Origin: Promethearchaeota archaeon
GTDB lineage: Archaea > Asgardarchaeota > Lokiarchaeia > Sigyniarchaeales > SOKP01
Length of the DNA: 64,000 nucleotides
Assembly: GCA_048940765.1 (NCBI GenBank)
Contig: JBHLOG010000003.1
Span: forward strand, 456-64,455
Direction of reading: 5' to 3'
Part shown: positions 47,641 through 58,600 of the stretch, piece by piece
Layout: each line of letters opens with the position of its first letter
Numbering within the stretch: the stretch's first letter is position 1
Notes under the pieces: model-generated
Told to the model about the DNA's origin: nothing
The model's database searches: none
The model's input: only the letters and a program-made list of their open reading frames with translations
Translations under genes and position numbers: made by a program

Positions 47641-50179
47641 ATTTTACATCCTCTTTTAATTTATTAAAGAAACTATTAGAAATTTCAGCAAATTTTACAC
47701 CTTCTACAGCATTCATATGTTCAAGTAATATTCGATCTTTATATTTTGGTGTAATAATATCTTTTAATAATCTAATTTTATTTCCTATTTTTTCAATTCC
47801 ATCAATGTACCGACAAGCATCTTGTCTACAACCAACGATCATTACTCCATCAAAACCCAACTCAAATGATTTAATTATAAAATTAGTATCAATCCTTCCC
47901 GTACATGGAACTCGAATTATAAAAGTATTTGGATTATATGAAATTTTCTTAAGTCCGGCATCATCAGCAGCAGCATATCCACAAGAACTACAACAGAAGG
48001 CAATAATTTTTGGACTTGCTCTAAATTTTGAAAAAGCTTTAATTGTGGCCAATATTTTTTCAGATGTGTCGATATTTAAGTCTATTGCATTAGTAGGGCA
48101 GATACTAGCACATGTACCACATCCCTTGCATTTAAATTTATCTACACTTATTTTATCCGATTCTATTGTAATCGCATTATAAGGACAAATTTTAAGACAT
48201 AATCCACATAAACCACATTTATTTTCATTAATTTCAATTCCGCTAAACTCTGCGATTAGGTGATCCTTCGATAGTAATGAAATGATTTTTAAAGCACAAT
48301 TATTAGCCGTTGAAATTGTAGAATTATAATCCAATGGACCAAAAATTGTACCAACACCATAAATACCAGATGCCAACGTTTCTTCACTCATAAATCCGTT
48401 ATCATCCAAAGTAAAATCCATATATTTTCTTAGATTTTTTAAATCTTTATTAGGGATATATTTTAGATTTAAAATTATTAAATCACTTGGAAATTCGATA
48501 TTATCAGCAACAACATAATTTATATCTTTATTAGTTTCAATAGAAATTTTATTAGCATATAAAAATCTTGGATTAGTTGATCTTAATAAAATCTCATCCT
48601 TATTTTTCAGTCTACTTAAATCATAAAAAACATTAACTTCGCAATCAGGATTTCTTATTTTTATATCTTCAATATATTTTTGAGCTAAAATTTCCGAGTA
48701 ATGTGCCAGATATTTTGAAGGCCCTACTTCTTGAATAATAGAAATCGAACTTAAGGGTTTTTTATCTGATAATCTTAAGAGATTTCCTTCAGTAATTCCA
48801 TCAGAAGATAACATTCTTTCAAATTCAGCAGATGTTATTATATTTTTTTGGGGATTATAATGATAATCCTCTAAATCTTCGTATAAATCAGATCCAATCG
48901 CAATAACTTTTGCACCAACCTTAATCTCAATTTTTTCTTCTTTTTGAGTTAAATCTATAGCTTTATTCGCGCATGCACGTTCACAAATTCTACAGTTAAT
49001 ACATTTATTTATATCTCCTTTATCAATTATAGGAGCAAAAGGATAAGAATGTATAAAAGGGATATATATTATTTTTCGATTAGTTAAACCATATTCATAT
49101 TGATTTTGCTTTTGTATACTACAAACTTCAATACATTGTTTACACCCTGTGCATTTTTTCACGTCAACAAAACGAGGTTTTTTAATTAAACTAAGAGTAA
49201 AATTACCTACTTCTCCTGATACATTTTCAATCTCAGTATTAGTATAAATTTTTATATTTTTTTGGTTTGTTAATTCGCTTATTAATTCTGAAATAAAACA
49301 TATTGAACAATCACCCATTTGATGGATTCGATGCCATCTTGCTATTTTACCTCCCAATGTAGGTGATTTCTCAATAAGATAAACCTTAATCCCAGCACGA
49401 GCTAAGTTTAATGCGAGTGTAATACCAGCAATCCCACCACCTAAAATAGCACAACTCTTTTCTACTTCCACTCTTTTTACTTTTACTTTCTTTTGAATAT
49501 ATACGCGCTCAACTGCCGCTTCAATTAATAATTTAGCTTTTTCCAATGAAAGTAAAGGATCTATTTTATTCATTTTGGCTTGATGAACCCAACAACATTG
49601 TTCTCTAATATTTGCTATCTCAATATTTGCACGCTCAATAATATCTTCAAAGATTCGTTCAAAAAGAAGTTGATGCGTCTTTGGGGAACAAGCAGCTATA
49701 ACAATCTTATTTAAAAAATTATCTTTAACCCAATTAATAATTTTTTTAAAATTCTTTTCTTGACATAAATTATCAAAAACTTTTACTGAAACTACTTTTC
49801 TTAATTTATTTATATAATTTTCTAAAGCAGTAATATTAATTACACTTGAAACTTCTGTATTACAATTGCAAATAATTACTCCAATTCGGCTTATTTCGCT
49901 CCCCTTAGTTTCTAAATATTCATCAATATCTTCTCCGGATAAAATCCTTTTGTTCAGATTAATAATTTTTAACACACGTTTACCATCTTCCGTAAGAAAG
50001 TACGATTTTTTGTCTTTACCTATCAATGAACCTATCTTTTTAAGATGAAAATTTAGTTGTCCAGTTGTTTCTAAACCAAGTCTTTCCATTAAATCTGTAT
50101 AAGGGATATAACCCTCCTTTTCTAAAAGCAATAAGATTTTTCTCCTAAATGGATGAGATAAAATTGAATATATATCCAC
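47630..50179 (-). CDS. Fusion: ArsR-like winged helix, HdrA-like flavoprotein (degenerate core), MvhD
   Basis: LSHPFRRKILLLL...YTDLMERLG..TGQLNFHLKK...YFLTEDG; then IICNC, AACSP, NIREQC, GGGIAG, DCSIC, two ferredoxin pairs; C-terminal AFCCSSC, VPCTGR, GCRQDACRY. Confidence 0.85.
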   Translation of the reverse strand: MDIYSILSHPFRRKILLLLEKEGYIPYTDLMERLGLETTGQLNFHLKKIGSLIGKDKKSYFLTEDGKRVLKIINLNKRILSGEDIDEYLETKGSEISRIGVIICNCNTEVSSVINITALENYINKLRKVVSVKVFDNLCQEKNFKKIINWVKDNFLNKIVIAACSPKTHQLLFERIFEDIIERANIEIANIREQCCWVHQAKMNKIDPLLSLEKAKLLIEAAVERVYIQKKVKVKRVEVEKSCAILGGGIAGITLALNLARAGIKVYLIEKSPTLGGKIARWHRIHQMGDCSICFISELISELTNQKNIKIYTNTEIENVSGEVGNFTLSLIKKPRFVDVKKCTGCKQCIEVCSIQKQNQYEYGLTNRKIIYIPFIHSYPFAPIIDKGDINKCINCRICERACANKAIDLTQKEEKIEIKVGAKVIAIGSDLYEDLEDYHYNPQKNIITSAEFERMLSSDGITEGNLLRLSDKKPLSSISIIQEVGPSKYLAHYSEILAQKYIEDIKIRNPDCEVNVFYDLSRLKNKDEILLRSTNPRFLYANKISIETNKDINYVVADNIEFPSDLIILNLKYIPNKDLKNLRKYMDFTLDDNGFMSEETLASGIYGVGTIFGPLDYNSTISTANNCALKIISLLSKDHLIAEFSGIEINENKCGLCGLCLKICPYNAITIESDKISVDKFKCKGCGTCASICPTNAIDLNIDTSEKILATIKAFSKFRASPKIIAFCCSSCGYAAADDAGLKKISYNPNTFIIRVPCTGRIDTNFIIKSFELGFDGVMIVGCRQDACRYIDGIEKIGNKIRLLKDIITPKYKDRILLEHMNAVEGVKFAEISNSFFNKLKEDVKYEA

Positions 50180-50248
50180 TTATTTTCTCCCTCCTTTGTT
50201 TAAATTTCATGAAAATGATTAAAATTCTACTTAAATTAAATAAAATTA

Positions 50249-51403
50249 TTATTTATTTGCTATAGAAGTTCTTGATAATGAATTCCATGTTAGCATCTTA
50301 TCTCTCATATTTTTTTTTGTTCGCTTTAACTTCAATTGAGCAAATTGTATTAATTTTTCTTTTAAATCTTTTAAATTGGAGCTATCTAATTTAAATCTTT
50401 TAATTACACCTGCTCGCAGCGCTTTATTGATTATTTCCTCGCCTTTTTTAGTGCGTGTGATTACGGTTGTATATTTATCTTGTGAACCTAACCCTCCAAA
50501 TGAAATATCTGCGTAAATATTTGTAAAATCTTTACAAACACTACAAGCTGGACGTGTATAATCAGTTAATTTTTCAAATGGAATATGAATAATTTTTTGA
50601 GTATTTTTCTTACTTTTTATGTTGATAATTAAATTTTCCTTTATGTTTACCCTTTTAATATTTTCAAACTTAAGTTTAAAGTCTTTTTCGAATTTCTCTA
50701 TCCTTTTTTTGTCAAAAAAGAAATTCTCATAGCAAAATAATCCTAGACAAATCTCGATATTCTCAGATGGAATAATACCTAATTCTTGCATACATCTAAT
50801 TGTATAAATCTGACAAGGTGTGCCTACTAATGCTATTTTTTTAAATTTATAATGTCTTAAATTGGGTAATGAACTTGTATAAGTATGAAATTTTTGTACA
50901 ACTTCTAGTTGAGGAGTTATATCTAATTTGACACCCGAAGTATCAATCAAATCTTTTTTGCTTCTAGCTATTATAGATTCTCTATTAAAAGGTGATGTTG
51001 TTTTTGCCACAATTGCTCCTTCAATCAAATTTTTTTCTATTAAATAATTAATGATAGAGTTCACAACACCTCCATCTGTTCCATATTTTAAAAATTCATC
51101 ATCTGTAGCTTGGCAAGAGTAAATAGTATCTATAAATCCTAAAGGCATTTTTGTACTATCTGAAAAATTATAAGTTTTATTTAATTCCTCATCTAAAATA
51201 TGCGTCTGTGGGCATATAAAATAACAAATCCCACATTCAAGACATTTCTCCTTATTTAAGTATTCAGGAGGCGAATTAGGTTTTTTAAATCCAATTACTT
51301 CATGTTCAATTGAATTGCAAAAACTTACACAACCCCCACATTCTTGACAAATACCAGGCTTATGGACTTCTTCAATTAAATCTTTAAAAGTTTTTATATT
51401 CAT
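50249..51403 (-). CDS. Ferredoxin-FrhB family F420-binding subunit
   Basis: CQECGGC, CLECGICYFICP, DGGVV, VGTPCQ, GLFC, CSVCKDF...DISFG. Confidence 0.88.
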   Translation of the reverse strand: MNIKTFKDLIEEVHKPGICQECGGCVSFCNSIEHEVIGFKKPNSPPEYLNKEKCLECGICYFICPQTHILDEELNKTYNFSDSTKMPLGFIDTIYSCQATDDEFLKYGTDGGVVNSIINYLIEKNLIEGAIVAKTTSPFNRESIIARSKKDLIDTSGVKLDITPQLEVVQKFHTYTSSLPNLRHYKFKKIALVGTPCQIYTIRCMQELGIIPSENIEICLGLFCYENFFFDKKRIEKFEKDFKLKFENIKRVNIKENLIINIKSKKNTQKIIHIPFEKLTDYTRPACSVCKDFTNIYADISFGGLGSQDKYTTVITRTKKGEEIINKALRAGVIKRFKLDSSNLKDLKEKLIQFAQLKLKRTKKNMRDKMLTWNSLSRTSIANK

Positions 51404-51477
51404 TATAAAAAATCACTAAATTAATCTTATAATTATAAAATTTATTATGACTATTTTAATAATTTTTATGATCTCTA

Positions 51478-51495
51478 TGATAAATATAATTGTCA
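51478..51495. promoter_or_regulatory. 18-bp imperfect palindrome TGATAAATATAATTGTCA
   Basis: Matches the TGAYAAA-N4-WTTGTCA family; upstream of the frhB/wHTH-hdrA/hydrogenase operon. Confidence 0.5.
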
Positions 51496-51644
51496 AACTA
51501 TATAAATATGATCATTTTGTCAAAAGTAATAATCACAAAACCTAATCATGACTATCGATAAATTGCATAAAATAAAGTAAAAGGCAAGAATCATATTGGA
51601 ATCAGATCAAACCAAAGACCAAATTAATACATTTTATTTATTAA

Positions 51645-51698
51645 TGACAAATTCATTTGTCAAAATGATTATAATTATTCTTATCAGATTTTTTAAAT
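51645..51698 (+). promoter_or_regulatory. Conserved 54-bp promoter module (18-bp palindrome TGACAAATTCATTTGTCA plus TATA)
   Basis: 44/54 identical without gaps (manual count) to 60883-60936. Confidence 0.65.
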
Positions 51699-51843
51699 TT
51701 CTTCTAATTCATAATTTAATCGGGATAGAGTACAATAATATAATAACACTTACATTTATGTAAATTTTGTTTTTTTTCTCAAAACAAAATCTTGAAATAT
51801 TATTACAAAAAAATATTTGGTGATGATTGGAAGCGTGAATTAA

Positions 51844-53880
51844 ATGTCTGAAAAACAGACCATTGCTAGAATCGGAGTATATATTTGTAGATGAGGAGTT
51901 AATATAGGGGCTAGCATTGATTGTGATATTATTAGAGATTATGTTGAAGCACTCCCAAATGTCATAACTGCTAGAGTAAATGATTTTACTTGTAGTGATC
52001 CAGGCCAAAATATTATCAAAAACGATATTTTGGATTTAAATTTAAACCGAATAGTTGTCGCTGCTTGTACACCAAAAATTCATGAATCCACTTATCGAGC
52101 AGTTTTAGCTGAAGCAGGATTAAATCCATATTATTTTCAAATGGTAAATCTTCGTGAACAATGCTCGTTTACATCTTCAAGTAATAAAAGAGATACTACT
52201 AAAAAAGCTATAAGATTAGTACAAGCAGGTATCAATCGTGCTCGAGAATTAGAGATTGTTCCTCATAAAAAAATTTCAGTAGAGAAATCAGTATTAATAA
52301 TAGGTGCGGGAATTGCTGGAATGAATGCTGCATTAGATTTAGCCAATCAGGGAGTTAGAGTTTTCTTAATCGAAAAAGAGGCAACTATTGGGGGAAAAAT
52401 GGCACAATTAGATAGAATTTATCCTACAGACGATTGTGCTATATGAGTTCTGGCCCCTATAATGGTAAATGCTTCAAAACACCCAAATATAACCCTTCTT
52501 ACTTATAGTGAAATTATTGGATTTAGTGGTATTCCTGGTAAATATAATATTAAAATAAAGAAAAATCCACGTTATGTTAATGAAAAAAAGTGTACTGGAT
52601 GTGGATTATGTACCACAAAATGTCCTATAACAGTACCTAATGAATTCAATCGAGGTATTGGTGAACGTGGTGCAATCTATATACCGTTTCCTCAAGCTGT
52701 ACCTAAAATTGCGATAATTGATAAAAGTGTGTGTATAGAATGTAAAAATTGTCAAAGATTGTGTCAAGCAGAAGCAATTGATTTTGATCAGGTACCAGAA
52801 TTTATTGATATAAGCGTAGGTGCTGTAATAATTGCCACAGGATGGGATGAGTATCCAATTATGAAAAATAATGATTATAGATATGGAATTTATCCGGATG
52901 TAATTACTCAAATAGAATTAGAGCGAATGTTAAGTCCGGTTGGACCAACAGGAGGTCATGTATATAGAATTTCTGATGGAAAAATCCCAAAAACAGTAGC
53001 TATGATTCAATGTGTTGGTTCGAGATCTTTAAAAGGAAATCCTTATTGTTCAGGAGTATGCTGTAATGTTGCTCTTAAGAATGCTCAACTGTTAAAACAA
53101 GAATATCCTGATATTAATATTGCCATCTTTTATATAGATATGCGTACATGGGATAAAGGGAATGAAGAGTATTATAGAAAAGTGAGAGAAGCAGGAGTTA
53201 TGATGATTCGAGGAAAAGTTGGAGATATACGCGAAGATCCATTTACAAAAAACCTTAAAATTACAGCTTCTTCAACATTAACAAATGATATGATTACTAT
53301 GAATACAGATCTCGTTGTACTGTCAACAGGTATGGTCCCTTCTAAGAATACAATAAAATTAATTGAGACGCTAGGTTTAAGTAAAGATATTAATGGATTT
53401 TTATCTGAAGTTCATGGATGCCTAAAACCTCAAGAAACGAATAATATGGGCATTTATATTTGTGGGTGTGCTGCTGGACCAAAAAATATCCCATATTCGG
53501 TATCAACAGCATTAGCTGCAGCCAGTAAAACATCCACATTACTTTCAAAAGATGCAATCGTCCAAGAATTGATTATTGCTGAAATAAATGAAAATCTATG
53601 TATCGGCTGCCATAGATGTGAAAAACTATGTAATTATAAGGCTGTTATGGTAAATGGAGATAATATTGCAGAAATAGATGATTTGAAATGTAAAGGATGT
53701 GGTGTTTGTGTATCATCATGTCCTGCTAGAGCGATTGATCTTAAATATTATAGAGATAAACAAATTATTGAAGAGATAAAAGGCATTTGTAATACTGAAC
53801 TTGAATATAAAGAAGAATATATTGAATCTATTGAACTTGTTTGGAAAAAGATTGAAGCATTAGCTCCTTATCAAACTTAA
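51844..53880 (+). CDS. hdrA: Heterodisulfide reductase subunit A, selenoprotein with two Sec (U17, U201), 678 aa
   Basis: Single frame from ATG 51844 to TAA 53880 with TGA at 51892-51894 (IGVYICRUG) and 52444-52446 (PTDDCAIUVLAP); both positions are Cys in the neighbouring HdrA paralogues; SECIS-like hairpin follows. Confidence 0.9.
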
Positions 53881-53951
53881 TCTGAAAAGGAATGATCTTC
53901 TCAAAAAAATATTAGTTGAGAGGAGACTAACCCACCGTATGGGTTTTCAGA
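53881..53951 (+). ncRNA. SECIS element (eukaryote/Loki-type, AUGA...GA core) in the hdrA 3' UTR
   Basis: TCTGAAAA/TTTTCAGA basal helix; ATGA 53892-53895; TCTTCTCAA/TTGAGAGGA helix; A-rich loop; GA 53925-53926; side hairpin CCCA-CCGTA-TGGG. Confidence 0.85.
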
Positions 53952-54056
53952 ATAATGTAGAATAATAATTGATTTAAATTTATATCAGCAGTTCAAATTA
54001 ATTTGAAATGATTATAGGATTAGTTATTTTTTTTTGAAGTTAAAAATATTTGTTAA

Positions 54057-55211
54057 TTAAGGTTTTTTCTGCTTGGTTTTTAAAGAAATTAATTTATTAA
54101 ACCAATCTAATTTCTTATTTTTCCACTCAATCGTTTTGTTAAATGGAACAATAAATTGTTCAATTATTCCTTTTGAAAGCATATTGTTTATCACTTTCTC
54201 TCCTTTATCAGTTCTAATTAGGATCATAGAATATCCTTCTGGAGCCCCAGATGCCCCAATACTAATATCTGTAAACCTGCCTGTGAATTCATCACATTCA
54301 TGACAATTATTTCTAACTGCTGGATTTAGAGTTTTAATATCGATTTCAAATTCTTTATTATCTTTAGTTTGAATAAAGAAATTCTTTTTTATCCAAGTTT
54401 TCTTGATATTAGTAGGATCAACATTCGTTTCTTTTTCTAAAATGTCATATAATTGAGAATAAATAAAATTCTCATAACAGAAAAGACCTATAATATATTT
54501 AATAACATGAGCTGGTTTCACGAGCAAAAATTTCATTTTACTAACAGCTCTACATTGGCAAGGAGTTCCAATAAATGCAATTCTTATCTGGTCAATATCA
54601 AATATTTCTTTTTTCAAAAGAATCTCCTGAGGGATGCTGTATAAATTTTTTAAAGGAAATATTTGAGGAGAAATAGAATAACGTGTACCTGCCGATTTAA
54701 ATAAATCTTCTTTATCAAATATAATTTTTGGGACAGGTTCAAAGTTTTCGTTAAATTCTGAAACAATTGCTGCATCAATTTTATGTTTTTCAAATAAAAA
54801 TGTTAGTATTGCTGAAACAACACCTCCATCCTGTCCAACTTTTTCTAATGCTGAGTTTGTTGTTTTAGCAGCAAGAATTTTAGTAATATGCCCAATCTTA
54901 TCTTCAATACAATAAGTATCATTTAATTCATTTAATAATACATTAGTTTGAGGGCAAATATAATAACAAACACCACATTTAGTACAATTATCAACACTTT
55001 TTTCTGATTTAAACTCAGGAATGTATCCCTTCATCTCAATAACATCAAAACTTTGACTCTCGCAATATGCTATGCAAGCTCCACATGCACAACATTTATT
55101 AGTTTTAATTATTTCATTCTGAAGATCCTGAAAATTTTTTACGTTGTTTTGCTCAAGTTTCTGAAACCCTAATTCAGTCATTTTAATTCCTCTTTTTATT
55201 TCTTTTTCCAA
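54057..55211 (-). CDS. Ferredoxin-FrhB family F420-binding subunit
   Basis: CCACGAC, CTKCGVCYYICP, DGGVV, IGTPCQ, GLFC, CHECDEF...DISIG; the true start may be the second Met (MTELG). Confidence 0.88.
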   Translation of the reverse strand: MEKEIKRGIKMTELGFQKLEQNNVKNFQDLQNEIIKTNKCCACGACIAYCESQSFDVIEMKGYIPEFKSEKSVDNCTKCGVCYYICPQTNVLLNELNDTYCIEDKIGHITKILAAKTTNSALEKVGQDGGVVSAILTFLFEKHKIDAAIVSEFNENFEPVPKIIFDKEDLFKSAGTRYSISPQIFPLKNLYSIPQEILLKKEIFDIDQIRIAFIGTPCQCRAVSKMKFLLVKPAHVIKYIIGLFCYENFIYSQLYDILEKETNVDPTNIKKTWIKKNFFIQTKDNKEFEIDIKTLNPAVRNNCHECDEFTGRFTDISIGASGAPEGYSMILIRTDKGEKVINNMLSKGIIEQFIVPFNKTIEWKNKKLDWFNKLISLKTKQKKP

Positions 55212-55672
55212 TTATATTCTAATTCAAATACTCCAGATTTTTTAGAGATTTTTAATTCTCCCAATTCTATAATTGTGTCTGTAAAATCTTTAATTAATTC
55301 TGAAAATTGCTTCCCTTCACTTGCAGAGATGGAGTGTAATTGAAATCTATCGGCTTCAATTCCGATGTATTTTATTAATTTCTTTAAATGTTCCATTCTA
55401 ACTTGAGTGTATTCAAATCCCTTCATATAATGACAATCACCCATATGGCATCCAATAATTAATACACCATCTATTCCATTATTAAAAGCTCTTAAGATAA
55501 AGATAGGCTCAACCCTACTAGAGCACATAACCCTAATAATCCTAATATTTGGCGGATATTGAAACCTAGAAACACCTGCTAAATCTGCACCAGCATAACT
55601 GCACCAATTACAGCAAAAAACTAGAATATTCGGTTCAAATTCATTATTTCTTTTATTTTTAATATTTATCAA
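55196..55672 (-). CDS. mvhD: MvhD/VhuD [2Fe-2S] subunit (all-Cys form)
   Basis: FCCNWCSYAGADLAG, RVMCSSRV, GCHMGDCHY, ISASEG. Confidence 0.93.
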   Translation of the reverse strand: MINIKNKRNNEFEPNILVFCCNWCSYAGADLAGVSRFQYPPNIRIIRVMCSSRVEPIFILRAFNNGIDGVLIIGCHMGDCHYMKGFEYTQVRMEHLKKLIKYIGIEADRFQLHSISASEGKQFSELIKDFTDTIIELGELKISKKSGVFELEYNWKKK

Positions 55673-55689
55673 TAAATATCGCTCCCAAA

Positions 55690-58600
55690 TTAAATAATTT
55701 CATAATCTACTATATCTATATCAGTCAATAAATCAATCATTTTGCTAATTTGAAACTTACTAAAATGATTCTGATCAATAGCTCCGACTGAGCATTCTGC
55801 AACACAAGCTCCACAACCTTTACAAAGAGCTTTAATTATACGTGCTTTTCTTAAACTTACATCATATAAACCCATTTTTTTACGACTTTCAATCAATTCA
55901 ATCGCATTATACGGGCAAATCTCAATACATTTACCGCACCCGATACATTTTTCTTCATTTATATAAGAAGTTATACATTCAGTTTCTATTTCTCCTTTAG
56001 CCATTATTATTGCCGATCTCCCAGCAGCACCATATGCTTGAATAATACTTTCTCCAATCCATTTTGGCCAATGAGCTCCCCCACATAGAAAAATGCCATC
56101 TGTGGCAAAATCTATTGGTCTAAGTTTTGCATCAGCTTCTAAGAAAAATCCATCTTTATTTGTTGATACTTTTAACAATTTTGCTAATTTTTCAGTATCG
56201 TCAAAAGGAACGTTAGGAGTGGCTAATATTAATAAATCTGTATTATATTCAATATCTGTCTGAGCGCTTACATTTTTATATATAATATGGAAGTGATCTT
56301 TTTCATCACTGATTTTGATATCCTCAATTGATTGATACCTTTCATAAGTTGCATTTTTCCGAAGCCCTCGACATAGATTTTCAGCATTTAAATCTGTAAA
56401 TTGAAATTCTCTATATAAAATATGAATCTGCGCATTGGGATTGATATTTAATAATTTTTCAACGTTCTTTAATGCTACTCCACAACAAATATTTGAACAA
56501 TAGGTTTTCATATATTCTCCATCATTAAATCCATCTCTCCTTTGATCTACGCATAATATTATTGTAGCATCTTTAAATTTAGGAATCTCTCTATCGTTCA
56601 TTGCTGTAAATTCTGTTTGAGTAAGAACACGTTTGGGATATCTTTCAGATAAATCTTTCCACTTTATAGTTTTAATTTGCTTTGTTCCTGTAGCTACTAT
56701 TATTGTACCCACATTGATGGTTTGCTCTTTTGAATTTTCTTGAATATTTTTAACTTTAACCTCATAATTTCCAACATAACCTTGGACATCAACAATATCG
56801 GAGTTTAATAAAATATGAACATTAGATTTATTTTTTAAATCATTAATTTGTTGAAGAATTTCATTTTTCGTAATAGGTATATAGTATAAGTCAATAAATT
56901 CAAGTGCACTACCACCAAGAATCGCTCTCTTATCTATAAGATAAACTTCAAATCCTTGATTGGCTAAATTATGAGCAGCTGTAATCCCCGAGATTCCGCC
57001 ACCTATTATTAGAGATGATTGTTTAACTTTAACTTTAATGGTCTCTAATGGTTTTAAATTAATTACTTTTGCTAAATACATTCTAATTAAATCACATGCT
57101 TTTTTAGTTGCCTTTTTAGGTTCATTTTGATGGACCCAAGAATCTTGGTTTCTTATGTTTACTAGTTCAAATAAAAATGGATTTAATCCAACCTCCCTGA
57201 GAGTATTTTTAAAAAGTTGTTCATGTGTTCGAGGGGTACAAGATGCAACTATAAATCTATTAAGATTATATTTAATGATTAATTCTTTAATCAGTTCTTG
57301 TGAATCTGAACTGCATGAATACATATTTTCTTCGACGTGTACTACATAGGGCAATTTAGAAACATAATCTACAACTTCAGAAACATTAACAATCCCTCCG
57401 ATATTGATACCACACTGGCAAACTAAAATACCAACACGAGGTTCATCCTCTAACCTTACTGGTATTTCTGGGGGATATTCTACCTTTTTAATATTTTGAA
57501 ATCTGAAAGGATAAAATCTTTCACTAATTTTAGCTGCGCATGCAGAACCTTCTGCAACTGCCATTTGAATATCATTGGGTTTTTTAGAATAACCAGAAAC
57601 AAATACATTCTTTTTTTCAAGTAAGATGATATCTTCTTCACGAATATAACCTAAATCGTCACAATCTACATTTAAGTGTCTTAAAAGTTCATAGTAAGAA
57701 GGAGTTGGAGATAATGCACTTGCTAAAACGGCTATATCTACTTCAAAAGTTCCAACTTTTCCTTTATCAATATCTTCATAATATAATCTTAATTTTCCAT
57801 TATCTAAATTCTCTTTAATATATGAAACATGTCCATTTATATATTTAACATCATATTCATTCTTACTTTTTTCAATAAATTCATAAAAATTTTTACCTTT
57901 TGCTCTAATTTCCGTATTAAAAATATAGCATTCAATATTTGGATTGTGTTCCTTAACAACAATTGCTTCTTTAGCTGAATTCATACAACAAATTGCAGAA
58001 CAATATTTTTTACATTCTGGATGATGAAAATCTCGAGAACCAACGCACTGTATAAAACCAATCGATTTAGGATGTTTTTTATCGTCTAATCTTATGATTT
58101 GACCCCCAGTAGGTCCATTTGCAGAGAGTAGGCGTTCAAATTGCATGTTAGACAAAACATTGGGAGAGGAACCAGCAAAATTATTATATTTTTCTGGCAT
58201 TTCTTGGTTATTTCCTGTAGCAATAACAATTGCTCCAACATTTAACGTAATTTCTTCTGTTTTTTGTGTAAAATCTATGGCATCTGCAGTACAAACTTTA
58301 GCACAAAGGCCACATATTTTATAATTTAAATATAAACATTTCGAATCATCAATAAGATATATTGGAGGTACTGATGACGGAAAAGGAATGTAAATGGCTC
58401 CTCGAGTTTTTAAATGGGTATCAAATTCGCTAGGAATTCCCCTAACTGGACAAATATTCCCACAATCACCACATCCTTTACAAATTTCTTCTTTTATATA
58501 TCTTGGCTTTTTTATAACTGTAACTGTGTAATTCCCCGCATATCCAGTAATTTTTTTAACATACGAATATGTGAATAATTCTATATTTGGATCTCTATAC

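Noticed and set aside
52030-53880. ORF-track split of hdrA into 138 aa and 472 aa genes, or a pseudogene
   Set aside because: The pieces are in one frame, both stops are TGA at conserved Cys positions, and a SECIS-like element follows
55196-55672. MvhD as a selenoprotein, as VhuD is in some archaea
   Set aside because: The reading frame is uninterrupted and all ligand positions are Cys codons
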